A DNA stretch of 57,113 nt from Corallococcus exiguus. GTDB lineage: Bacteria; Myxococcota; Myxococcia; Myxococcales; Myxococcaceae. The position numbers and the translations under genes were made by a program. Numbering within the stretch: position 1 is the first letter of the stretch; every line of letters begins with the position of its first letter. The stretch lies in assembly GCF_012985225.1 (NCBI RefSeq), contig NZ_JABEKZ010000024.1. One strand, written 5' to 3'. The notes beneath the pieces were generated by a model. That model saw only the letters and a program-made list of their open reading frames with translations, was not told the DNA's origin and made no database searches. Positions 18,372 through 28,747 of this stretch are shown one piece after another.

Positions 18372-20219
18372 ATGATGCGGGGGCCACCTCCGGCCGTGCT
18401 GTCTCCTGGGGCCCAGGTGCTGGGCTACACGGTGGAGCGCCAGCTGGGGCAGGGCGGCTTCGGCACGGTGTACCTCGCGCGCTGCGAGGGCCAGCGCTTC
18501 GCCCTGAAGCTGCTGCACCTGCCGCGCGTAGGAGAGAGGGCGGAGCGCGAAGTTTCCATCCTCACCCGCCTTCACCATCCCAACGTGGTGCGGATTCTGG
18601 GCCATGGCTACTGGCCGGTGGCCCAGCCGCAATTCATCGTCATCGCTACGGAGTACGTGGAAGGGCGTCAGCTGGACGCGTGGGCCGACGCGGAGAACCC
18701 CACGGCGCGGCAGGTGACGCGCGTGCTGCTGGGCGTGGCACGGGCGCTCGCAGCTGCCCACGCGGATGGGGTGGTGCACCGGGACGTGAAGGAGGCCAAC
18801 GTCATGGTGCGAGCCTCGGACGGCCTGGCCAAGCTGGTGGACTTCGGCATCGGCGACTACGCGGGCGCGCGCGAGCTGACGGCGGACATCCTCCCTCCCG
18901 GGACGGTGGACTACCGCTCCCCGGAGGCGTGGCGCTTCCTGCGTGCTCACCTTGAGGCAAGGGACGCCCGTTACACAGCGGGGCCTGCGGACGACTTGTG
19001 GGCGCTGGGGCTTGTCTCTTACCGGCTGCTGACGGGGCGCTTCCCTTTTGACGGCGAGGACGGCGCCAGCTTGACGGAGGCGATTCTCTCCAGCGAACCC
19101 ACGCCGCCGCACGAGGAGAACGAGCGCGTGCCTCGGGCGCTGAGCGATGTGTGCCTGGGGCTATTGGAGAAGACCCCCGAGGCGCGCACGCCCAGCGCCC
19201 AGGTGCTCTGCGAGTCGCTGGAGCAGGCGCTGCGCGGTGCGGACGAGACGTGGGACGTGCCGCTCTGCGACGCCTACGACGAGGATTCCGCGACGACGGA
19301 GGGGGAGGACATCGACAGCTTCGAGCAGTGGCGGCACCAACCCCGACACCGCCCGCGTCGCGGCAAACGCATTCCCCAGAAACAGGTGCCAGCGGAGGAC
19401 GCGGCTGCTGCGGATGAGACACCGCCGCCCGCGACGACCGTGCGTGTGACGCCTGCGCAGCGTGGGGCCTTCCGCGCCTGGGCGGCGCTCGCGGTGGTGC
19501 TCGTCCTGTCAGGGGCGGCGTGGGGCCTCGGGATGTCGCGCGTCGCAGGGCCAGTCCCCACCCGTCAGGAAGTAGCGCCCTCTGGCAAGTCGTCTCAAGC
19601 TGACCGCGCCGCAGCTCCCACCGGGCCGGAGGCCACCGCTGCGGCCGTCGCTCTCCCCGCGACGCTCCAGGAGGTTTCAGCCACCGTGACGACGCAGCCG
19701 AAAGAGACGCAGCCCCTTCAGTTCCCCTCGAAGCCCGCGAAGAAGGGCATGAGCGTCATGGCCCGTGCTGTCGGCACGGCGGCGGCATGCACGGCGCTCG
19801 CGTGCCCAGGGCCGCAAGTGCGTCCGGCACCTCCTCCGGAGCCGTGCCCAAAGGGTGCTGTGAAGGCCATGGCGAAGCTGGGCATCGACATTGGAGACAG
19901 GCACGAAGCCGTTTTCACCCGTGACCGCCCGCAATTCATTTCTGTTCGGGAAGGCCCTGCCCAGGTGTTCTTGTACGGCGATTGGGAGGAAATGCCGCAC
20001 GGGACAGTTCTGTCTGGTCGGCTAATCGTGCGAGACCGCGTTTACGGGCGACTCACCTCGGCGACTACGCCAAAGGGCGAGAGTTTTCCTGTCTGCCTGG
20101 AGGTCTACGACGTGAAAGACGGGGAACGAGGAATGGCACGCGAGCCCGGAAACGACTCACCTTCCAATGGCCGTATCTTCACGAGCGAATACGTGAGGGC
20201 GGTGAGCGAGTTTGAGTAA
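18372..20219 (+). CDS. Ser/Thr protein kinase, catalytically competent, with a transmembrane segment and a C-terminal extracytoplasmic domain
   Basis: GQGGFGTVY, FALK, HRDVKEANV, DFG and SPE motifs are all present. A Pro/acidic linker leads to a transmembrane helix (AWAALAVVLVLSGAAWGLGM) and a ~200-aa C-terminal domain. Confidence 0.8.
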   Translation: MMRGPPPAVLSPGAQVLGYTVERQLGQGGFGTVYLARCEGQRFALKLLHLPRVGERAEREVSILTRLHHPNVVRILGHGYWPVAQPQFIVIATEYVEGRQLDAWADAENPTARQVTRVLLGVARALAAAHADGVVHRDVKEANVMVRASDGLAKLVDFGIGDYAGARELTADILPPGTVDYRSPEAWRFLRAHLEARDARYTAGPADDLWALGLVSYRLLTGRFPFDGEDGASLTEAILSSEPTPPHEENERVPRALSDVCLGLLEKTPEARTPSAQVLCESLEQALRGADETWDVPLCDAYDEDSATTEGEDIDSFEQWRHQPRHRPRRGKRIPQKQVPAEDAAAADETPPPATTVRVTPAQRGAFRAWAALAVVLVLSGAAWGLGMSRVAGPVPTRQEVAPSGKSSQADRAAAPTGPEATAAAVALPATLQEVSATVTTQPKETQPLQFPSKPAKKGMSVMARAVGTAAACTALACPGPQVRPAPPPEPCPKGAVKAMAKLGIDIGDRHEAVFTRDRPQFISVREGPAQVFLYGDWEEMPHGTVLSGRLIVRDRVYGRLTSATTPKGESFPVCLEVYDVKDGERGMAREPGNDSPSNGRIFTSEYVRAVSEFE

Positions 20220-20245
20220 CAGCACCACCTGGGAGTAATCGCCGA

Positions 20246-21160
20246 GTGTCATCTTCTTCTTTCGTCGTGCTCCTGGGCCTGCTGTTCGTGGCCGAAACGG
20301 CCGTCGCTCAGTCAGAGGGTTCAGCGTCGGTGCCGGGCGCACGACGCATCGAATTGTCGCCGGACGATGTTCAAGTCGCCCCCGAGATCGCGATCAGCTC
20401 TGGACTCTCGACGGCTCTCTTCTTCGATTCCGACCTGATGCGCGACAGTGTCGAGTTGGAGGGGCGAGATCGCTTTGCACTGGTGGATGTGGGGCAAGCC
20501 ACAATCCGACTGGTGCCTTCGTCGCGTGTAGCTCCAGGCGAGCGGTTTCGTCTGGTCGTGCGATTCAGGGATGGCGCAGCCCCCTTGAGTGCATTCTTCC
20601 TTTTGCGGATCCATCCGGCAAAGGCCGAGTCTCTCATTGAGGTCTATCGCGGAAAGCGGACGATTGAGACGTACCAGCAGGAAGCCCGCGAGGCGCATGC
20701 GGAATTGCTGCGCTGCCAAAATGAGAACGCAAGACTGATGGCCGAGCACGATGCTCCGGGAGGGCTGGCGGGCCTGATCTCCACCGGAGGAATGGACGAG
20801 CGTGGTGTGGCCGGGCAAGTCGTGACCCTTGAGTTCTCCCAAGTCTCTGGGAGTGACCTGACGGCCTCTTACATCACGAGCTATCGCTCCACTACGGGCG
20901 TAGCGGTGGACATCAAGTTGGACGTGAAGGCCGGGGCTCAGCCATGGCTCGCGAAGGGCGCAACGCTCAAAGGCAAGGCTGGCGTGGAGTTGAAGGTGAT
21001 CCGCGTATGGCAGCGAATGCCAATTCCAGGAGGAAACGTCGGTCGGGTTGTTGTGGAAGCCGAGGCCTCACCAGAAACAACCCGAGGGCCCTTCTCACTC
21101 AAGCTCTGGGAGGAAGATGGGTCGCGTACTGTCGTGTTTGGCAACGTGATGTTCCCCTAA
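20246..21160 (+). CDS. Secreted protein resembling the Myxococcus kinase-associated paralogous family (TIGR02268/DUF2381-like)
   Basis: Signal peptide (MSSSSFVVLLGLLFVAETAVA). It is ~300 aa and lies directly downstream of a Ser/Thr kinase, as members of that family usually do. The family assignment is made from memory. Confidence 0.4.
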   Translation: MSSSSFVVLLGLLFVAETAVAQSEGSASVPGARRIELSPDDVQVAPEIAISSGLSTALFFDSDLMRDSVELEGRDRFALVDVGQATIRLVPSSRVAPGERFRLVVRFRDGAAPLSAFFLLRIHPAKAESLIEVYRGKRTIETYQQEAREAHAELLRCQNENARLMAEHDAPGGLAGLISTGGMDERGVAGQVVTLEFSQVSGSDLTASYITSYRSTTGVAVDIKLDVKAGAQPWLAKGATLKGKAGVELKVIRVWQRMPIPGGNVGRVVVEAEASPETTRGPFSLKLWEEDGSRTVVFGNVMFP

Positions 21161-21303
21161 GGGAGCCCGTTGCTGAGTCCTCGCCGTTGCCTGCTGCGCA
21201 GTAACGCAGCGGTAACGCAGTCGAGTGGACTGGTCTGGACGCGCCTGGACGCAGCAGGGTACGGTATCCACAGGGCAGGTGGGGCGTAACCCCTCGGAAG
21301 TAT

Positions 21304-21402
21304 TGGCGGTAGGGCACGGGAATCGAACTCGCCAGGGACTGCTCTCGCAGCCCCTCACCGGTTTTGAAGACCGGGCCGGCCACCAGGTCCGGAGGCCCTA
21401 CC
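21304..21402 (-). tRNA. selC: tRNA-Sec (selC), anticodon UCA
   Basis: Hand fold of the minus strand gives an 8-bp acceptor stem (GGTAGGGC/GCCCTACC), G73, an encoded CCA, a 7-nt anticodon loop cTTCAaa, a long variable arm (8-bp stem plus GAGA loop) and a T arm (G-TTCGATT-C). This is the bacterial 8/5 Sec geometry. Confidence 0.55.
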
Positions 21403-21444
21403 GCTTCCGATTACCGCCGCTCCGCCCCAGTCCGTCAACCACGG

Positions 21445-22413
21445 TCACGGCTTGCGCGCGGACACCACGGCGTACTCATCGCAGTTGAACAGCGCGGGCC
21501 ACTGGAGCTGCTCCGGTGTCATCCGCATCGCCTTGTGCACGTCCGCGCGCACCTGGTGCAGGGACGTGCTCCCTGGATTGCGCTCCAGCTGCGTCATGCC
21601 CCGCAGCGCCACCAGCGCCGTGTTCACCGCCGGGTACACATCCTCCGCGATGGACTCCACCTTCACGTCCTGGAACCCCGCCCGCCGCAGCTCCTCCCGG
21701 TAGCGCTCCGTCGACCAGACGTTCTCCTCCGGGAAGGCAATCAGCCCCCGCCAGTAGCGGTAGCGCAGCCGCGCTCGGAGTCCTGCTCCAGCCTCACGGT
21801 CCGTCTTCTGCGCCATGTCCGCCATCACCAGCCGGCCTCCCGGCTTCAGCACCCGGAAGGCCTCGCGCAGGAAGTCCTGCCGCATCCGGAAGTGCATCGC
21901 GGACTCCAGCGCGAACACCCCGTCGAACGCTCCCTCCGGTCCCGGCAGCGCCGTCGCGCTCCCCACCTCCAGCCGGACCACGCCCTCCAGCCCCGTCAGC
22001 TTCACGCGCTCCCGGCCCACCTTCACCTGGTTCGGCGTGATGTTCACCCCGACGATGCTCGCGGGCTTGAACTCCTCCGCCCACAGCAGGTCCTGGTCCG
22101 CGTACCCGAAGCCGCAGTCCAAGACGGCATCCCCGGGCCCCAGCTTCGCGGTCCTCGCCAGGAGGCGCGCCATCTCCGCCTGGGCGGACCGGAACAGCTC
22201 CCCCACGCGCTCCACGTTGGAGTCGTCCACCTTCTCCACGTGCTTCCAGTAGCCCAGGTTGATCCAGAAGGGCTCCCGGCCCGTCGTCACCCGGATGTCG
22301 CTCGGCGCCGGCATCCCCGCCACCCAGGCTCCTGTCTCGTTCGTATAGAAGCGCTCCGGGTCCGCCAGGAACGCACTCTTCAGCCGCGTCGCGACCTGCC
22401 TCACGTTGACCAT
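21445..22413 (-). CDS. Class I SAM-dependent methyltransferase
   Basis: Motif I is VLDCGFGYADQDL, and ...LKPGGRLVMAD is post-II-like. Confidence 0.7.
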   Translation of the reverse strand: MVNVRQVATRLKSAFLADPERFYTNETGAWVAGMPAPSDIRVTTGREPFWINLGYWKHVEKVDDSNVERVGELFRSAQAEMARLLARTAKLGPGDAVLDCGFGYADQDLLWAEEFKPASIVGVNITPNQVKVGRERVKLTGLEGVVRLEVGSATALPGPEGAFDGVFALESAMHFRMRQDFLREAFRVLKPGGRLVMADMAQKTDREAGAGLRARLRYRYWRGLIAFPEENVWSTERYREELRRAGFQDVKVESIAEDVYPAVNTALVALRGMTQLERNPGSTSLHQVRADVHKAMRMTPEQLQWPALFNCDEYAVVSARKP

Positions 22414-22593
22414 CGCCAGCCTCCTGGGCCGTCCACCCGATGGCCGGAACCCTAGCCCGTGTCACGGCGATTCCAGGCTTGGCCTGCATGACGGTTTTCA
22501 CTGGTGAATGAAGCGGGGCCGCTCGCCCGGTGTCCCAGGGGGCGCCTTGTCCGGCGTGTCGTCCGGGCTCCATGATGGAAGTCCTTCTCCGCC

Positions 22594-24993
22594 ATGCGCC
22601 GAACCTTCCGTCCCGTCCCCCTGGCACCGGGCTTCCCGCCGGCGCTCGTCCTGCTGCTGTGTCTGTGTCTGTCCTTGATCGCCCGGGCAGCACCGGCGGC
22701 GACGAACGCCAGGCCGTTCCGCGTCGGGCCTCCCGCCGCGTGGGTGAGGCCGCTTCCCATTCCTCCAGACCCCGGCCCGACTCCCGAGGGCGAGGAGGAG
22801 ACCAGCGTCTCCCGGCTGCTGATCGAGGAACAGGTGCGCGTGTCAGGCCCATCGCGCGTGCACTACCTGCACTCGGCCCAGAAGGTCCTCTCTCCGCGGG
22901 GCATCGACCGCGTCACGGACATCCAGTTCCGCTTCGATCCGACGTACCAGAAGCTCACCGTCCACGGCATCTGGCGCATCCGCGACGGCCGCCGCGAGGA
23001 CGTCTTCCAGCCCGCCGAGGCCCGGGTCATCCAGCAGGAGACCGAGCTCCAGAACCGGCTCTACAACGGCAACCTCTCCGTGGTGCCCTTCCTCCACGAC
23101 GTGCGGGTGGGCGACACCGTGGAGGTCGCGTACTCCTTCGAAGGCGCCAACCCCGTCTTTGGCGGCCGCTTCTCCGACGTCGTCGGCGTGGGCCATTCCT
23201 ATCCCGTGGTCCACTTCGCCTACCGGCTGCTGTGGCCGGAAGGGCGGGGTCGCACGCTCTTCATCCGGGACTTCGCCGCGCCGGGCCTGTCGCGCTCGGA
23301 GTCGATGCTGAACGGCGAGCGTGAAATCATCCTGGAGCGCCGCCACGTGCCCGCGGTCCGCCACGAGGACAACGTCCCCGGCTGGCAGCCCGTCTACCCG
23401 TGGATCCAGTTCAGCGAATACAAGGACTGGAACGACGTCGCGCGCTGGGCCTCCACGCTGTTCCAGGTGCCCGCCCGCTCGAAGTCGCTGGAGCAGGAGG
23501 TCCGCCGGCTGTCGAAGGAGCCCACCCCGGAGGCTCGCTTCCTCGCCGCGCTTCGCTTCGTCCAGGACGAGGTGCGCTACCTGGGCATCGAGATGGGCCC
23601 CAACTCCCACCAGCCCCATCCGCCCGACGAGGTCCTCCAGCGCCGCTTCGGCGACTGCAAGGACAAGTCGCTCCTCTTGGTATCGCTCCTCAAGGGGCTG
23701 GGCATCGACGCGCAGCCGGCGCTCGTGAGCACGGACCTCACGCAGCTGCTGGACGGCTTGCGTCCCACCTCCACCGCGTTCAACCACGTCATCGTCCACG
23801 CCACCGTGGCCGGCCGTGATCTGTGGGTGGACCCCACGGCGACGCTGGAGCGCGGCGGGCTGGACAGCTACGAGCCGCCCTCCTACGGCCGGGCCCTCCT
23901 CGTCGCCCCCGCCACCACGGCGCTCTCCGTCATCCCCGCGCCCACGCTGACGGAGCCCTCCATCTTCGTGGACGAGACCTACGTCGCGATGGGCCGCGAC
24001 GGGGCCGCGACACTCGACGTCGTCACCACGCGCACGGGGGCGGCCGCCAACTCCATGCGCCGCGCGCTCGCGGGCACGTCCCTGTCCGAGGTGTCCCGCC
24101 TCTACTTCAACTACTACGCGAAGACGGACGCGGACATCTCCATCGCGAAGCCCATGTCGGTGGACGACGACACCGTGACGAACGTGCTCGTCACGCAAGA
24201 GCACTACCGCATCGAGGACTTCTGGACCTCGGACGGTCGCCGGGAGTTCCGCGCGCATGGCCTGCGCCAGCACCTCGCCGTGCCGAACTACTCCCACCGC
24301 GCCTTCCCGCTGGAGGTGGATCACCCCGTCTTCGCCCGCCACCGCATCACGCTGAAGGCCGGCGAGCTGCCCCCTGTCAAAACGGAGTACGAGGTCGTGG
24401 ACGGTCCGGCCTTCCGCTTCGTGGCCGACACCCGCGCCGAAGGCAAGACGCTGCTGCTCGACTACAGCTACCGCAGCACCGCGGATTCGGTCCCGCCCGA
24501 GCGCATCGCCGAGTACGTGAAGGCCGTGCGCGCCACCGAGGCCCAGCGCGGCTACGCCATCCAACTCAGGAGCCGGGCCGCCCGCCACCAGGCCTCGTCC
24601 GTTCCGTCCGGCGAGGCGGGTGCCATCCTCCTGGGCGTCATCGCGACGTGCCTCGTGCTGTGGTTCGTCATCGCGCAGGGCGGCCCGGTGGCGCTCTGGC
24701 GAAAGGGCCGCGCCTGGGGCCGGCGCCGCGCCTTCGCACGCAAGTTCGACGCGGACCACCGGGGCGACAGCGCCGGGTCCGCCATCCCCATCACCAGCCC
24801 TCAGGAGCTGCTCTCCACGCTGGGCCGGCTGCGCTGCGCCTGCGGAGCCACCAGCGAGGCCCCACGGGAGTCGCTCCGCCACGAGGCCGTCGTCCTGGGC
24901 GACCGCCACCTCACCCTGGTGCAGTGGCAGTGCCCCACCTGCGCCCGCGCCCGCCGCGCCTACTTCGAGGACAAGGGCTCGCGCGCCGCCTGA
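22594..24993 (+). CDS. DUF3857 / transglutaminase-like cysteine protease family protein with a C-terminal transmembrane segment and a Cys4 zinc-ribbon-like tail
   Basis: Signal peptide. The transglutaminase-core-like Cys is in ...QRRFGDCKDKSLLLVSLLKGLGID. A transmembrane helix (AILLGVIATCLVLWFVIAQ) is followed by CAC...C.TC. Confidence 0.6.
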   Translation: MRRTFRPVPLAPGFPPALVLLLCLCLSLIARAAPAATNARPFRVGPPAAWVRPLPIPPDPGPTPEGEEETSVSRLLIEEQVRVSGPSRVHYLHSAQKVLSPRGIDRVTDIQFRFDPTYQKLTVHGIWRIRDGRREDVFQPAEARVIQQETELQNRLYNGNLSVVPFLHDVRVGDTVEVAYSFEGANPVFGGRFSDVVGVGHSYPVVHFAYRLLWPEGRGRTLFIRDFAAPGLSRSESMLNGEREIILERRHVPAVRHEDNVPGWQPVYPWIQFSEYKDWNDVARWASTLFQVPARSKSLEQEVRRLSKEPTPEARFLAALRFVQDEVRYLGIEMGPNSHQPHPPDEVLQRRFGDCKDKSLLLVSLLKGLGIDAQPALVSTDLTQLLDGLRPTSTAFNHVIVHATVAGRDLWVDPTATLERGGLDSYEPPSYGRALLVAPATTALSVIPAPTLTEPSIFVDETYVAMGRDGAATLDVVTTRTGAAANSMRRALAGTSLSEVSRLYFNYYAKTDADISIAKPMSVDDDTVTNVLVTQEHYRIEDFWTSDGRREFRAHGLRQHLAVPNYSHRAFPLEVDHPVFARHRITLKAGELPPVKTEYEVVDGPAFRFVADTRAEGKTLLLDYSYRSTADSVPPERIAEYVKAVRATEAQRGYAIQLRSRAARHQASSVPSGEAGAILLGVIATCLVLWFVIAQGGPVALWRKGRAWGRRRAFARKFDADHRGDSAGSAIPITSPQELLSTLGRLRCACGATSEAPRESLRHEAVVLGDRHLTLVQWQCPTCARARRAYFEDKGSRAA

Positions 24994-24996
24994 CGC

Positions 24997-25299
24997 CTAC
25001 TGGCAGATGCCCGGGCAGTCCGCGCTGCCCCCGGGCTGGCACGTGTCGGACGGATCATCCACGCAGGTGTTCCCGGACACGTTCCCCGCGCAGCCCCCGA
25101 AGAGCCCGCCGCAGCACTCGACGTACCCCTCCGGTACGTCACACGGCGTCGGGAACGACTTGCACGTCTCGCTGTCCGAGCGCGCGAACACCACCACCTG
25201 CGGACACGTGCGCGGCTCCTCGTCGTCGTCGCCCAGACAGCCCGTCAGACCCAGCACCGCCATCAGCCCCAGCTTCGTCCATGCATGCATGGCGCGCAT
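24997..25299 (-). CDS. Small Cys-rich lipoprotein
   Basis: MRAMHAWTKLGLMAVLGLTGC has a lipobox (LTGC), and the mature part carries 11 Cys. The start was chosen at the Met ahead of the signal peptide. Confidence 0.45.
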   Translation of the reverse strand: MRAMHAWTKLGLMAVLGLTGCLGDDDEEPRTCPQVVVFARSDSETCKSFPTPCDVPEGYVECCGGLFGGCAGNVSGNTCVDDPSDTCQPGGSADCPGICQ

Positions 25300-25319
25300 C
25301 AGGGCAGGGGAGAACGGCG

Positions 25320-26393
25320 CTAGTCCAGCCCCCGCTCCCACAGGTCGTCTTCATCCAGACCCATCAAGTGACCGACTTCGTGCATCACCGTGATGCCAAT
25401 CTGTTCGATGAGTTCCTCGCGGGTGCGCGCGAAGCGCTCCAGGTTCTTCTGGTACAGCACGATGGAGGGCGGGAAGTGATCCGCCGCGTCCATCACGCTG
25501 CGCTCGCCCACCGGCGTGCCCCGGAACACCCCCAGGATGCACGGCGACAGCGGCGGCTGCTGACCCAGCAGGTCCTCATCCGACGGCAGGTCCTCCACCG
25601 CCAGCGTCACGTTGTCCATGTACTGCTTCACCTGCGAGGGCAGGGCGCGCATCGCGTCCTCCACCGCGCGGTCGAACGCCGCCTCCTCCAGTGCCACCGG
25701 CGGCGGCAGCTCCTCCGGGGCCAGCGCCTGCGCCCGGGAGAAGCGCTTCTTCGCCTCCTTCGCATCCTGGCGCCGCTCCGCGACCAGCCCCAGGTAGTGG
25801 TGCGCCCAGGCCTCGTCCGGCGCGTCCTTCAACACCCGCTCGAAGGCCTCCTGCGCGGGCGCGAAGCGGCACAACTCGAACAGCGCGATGCCCCGCTCCA
25901 GCTGCGCGTCCGTCGAGCGCGGCATGTGCGTCAGCGCCTGGTCCAGGATTTTCAGCGCGGACTCACATTCCCCCAGCTGGTTGAGGCCCATGCCCTCCAG
26001 GAGGAGGAACTCGTAGACGAGTTCCACGTCATCGGCCCGCTGCGCCAGCTTCCGCCCGCGGCCGCACCACTCCAGCCCTTCCTCCACCGCCTCGCGGTCC
26101 TCGCCGGTGCGGCACACGAGGAATTCCGCCGCGCCGAAAAGGATCTCCAGGTCTTCCGGGGCCATCTTGAGGGCGGCGCCATAGGCCTTGCCCGCGTCCT
26201 CCAGGCGTCCCACCTCCACCAGCGCGGCGGCCCGGTAGTGCAGGGCTTCTGGTGAGTCCGGAACGTCCCGGAGCAGGGCGTCGGCGCTGGTGAGCGCGGC
26301 CTCGAAGTCCCTGGCCTCGAAGGCGTCAGCGAGCCCCTCCAGCCGCGCGTCCACGCCTCGCGCCTCCCCTTGCTTCGCCATGCGCTTCGCCAT
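25320..26393 (-). CDS. TPR-repeat protein with a C-terminal zincin-like metallopeptidase domain
   Basis: TPR-like helices run through most of the protein. The C-terminus (...ITVMHEVGHLMGLDEDDL) is a short HExxH domain of the Zincin_1 type. Confidence 0.6.
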   Translation of the reverse strand: MAKRMAKQGEARGVDARLEGLADAFEARDFEAALTSADALLRDVPDSPEALHYRAAALVEVGRLEDAGKAYGAALKMAPEDLEILFGAAEFLVCRTGEDREAVEEGLEWCGRGRKLAQRADDVELVYEFLLLEGMGLNQLGECESALKILDQALTHMPRSTDAQLERGIALFELCRFAPAQEAFERVLKDAPDEAWAHHYLGLVAERRQDAKEAKKRFSRAQALAPEELPPPVALEEAAFDRAVEDAMRALPSQVKQYMDNVTLAVEDLPSDEDLLGQQPPLSPCILGVFRGTPVGERSVMDAADHFPPSIVLYQKNLERFARTREELIEQIGITVMHEVGHLMGLDEDDLWERGLD

Positions 26394-26481
26394 TCGGGCC
26401 GGCAGCTAAGAAGCCGTCCTTCGCGTTGTCAACGACCGGCGTCGCTGTTACCTTCCAGCGCCCCGTTTCGGCCCGAACCCC

Positions 26482-26838
26482 GTGAACATCCTGGTCGTCG
26501 ACGACGATTACGAGCTGTGCACCATGCTCTCTCGCTACCTGGAGATGCATGGCTACACCGTGTTCTCGGCGTCGGACGCGCTCCAGGCCCTGGACATCAT
26601 GGAGCGTCACCCCGTGGGGCTGGTCATCACCGACTACCTGATGCCCCACCTGGACGGCATCCACTTCACGGAGATGCTGAAGGCGGATCCCCGCTTCCAG
26701 CGCATCTCCGTCCTGATGATGACCGCCAGCACGGACGCCAACATCTCCGACCGGGGCCTGCGCAAGGGCGTCGCCATCACCCTGCAGAAGCCCCTGGACA
26801 TGGGGCAGCTGCTCAACCTCGTGCGCTTCGCGGAGTAG
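26482..26838 (+). CDS. Single-domain response regulator (CheY-like receiver)
   Basis: ILVVDDD...VITDYLMP...MMTAS..K matches the receiver-domain Asp and Lys signature. Confidence 0.7.
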   Translation: MNILVVDDDYELCTMLSRYLEMHGYTVFSASDALQALDIMERHPVGLVITDYLMPHLDGIHFTEMLKADPRFQRISVLMMTASTDANISDRGLRKGVAITLQKPLDMGQLLNLVRFAE

Positions 26839-26916
26839 GGCCTTCCCGGGCAGCCCGGGCCCCCCACCCGGGCGGGCCAGTAGGCGTCCTCAGGCCCACA
26901 CGTCTGCCCCTTTCCG

Positions 26917-26944
26917 TTGACATCGTCGATGCGGCCCTTATGTT
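26917..26944 (+). promoter_or_regulatory. Sigma70-type promoter of groEL (TTGACA, 16-nt spacer, TATGTT)
   Basis: -35 TTGACA at 26917-26922 and -10 TATGTT at 26939-26944, about 75 nt upstream of the groEL ATG. Confidence 0.45.
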
Positions 26945-26969
26945 GGCGCTCGACATGGCCGAGTGCTAA
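26943..26969 (+). promoter_or_regulatory. CIRCE operator (HrcA binding site)
   Basis: TTGGCGCTC-N9-GAGTGCTAA against the consensus TTAGCACTC-N9-GAGTGCTAA (2 mismatches in the left arm, right arm perfect). It overlaps the -10 element. Confidence 0.6.
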
Positions 26970-28661
<1,692 letters not shown>

Positions 28662-28695
28662 GCCGACGTAACGGCTCCGTAGCTTCGTAGGGTTT

Positions 28696-28747
28696 CCGGC
28701 CCCGGTGGGCTCCGCGAAAGCGGGGCGCCCGGGGCCGGAGTCTTTTT
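28696..28747. terminator. Bidirectional rho-independent terminator between groEL and the convergent histidine kinase gene
   Basis: GC-rich hairpin CCGGCCCCGG...CCGGGGCCGG followed by AGTCTTTTT. Confidence 0.55.

Noticed and set aside
21304-21404. Alternative reading of the tRNA as a type-II tRNA-Ser with a 10-bp acceptor stem
   Set aside because: The anticodon is UCA, not a Ser anticodon. Starting the fold two bases in gives a clean 8/5 Sec geometry with G73 and CCA. A 10-bp acceptor plus a 5-bp T stem is not a known tRNA form.
23823-26255. 810-aa plus-strand ORF running through the lipoprotein and TPR-zincin genes
   Set aside because: It is antisense to two minus-strand genes that have clear signal/lipobox and HExxH features, and it is Arg/Pro-rich.
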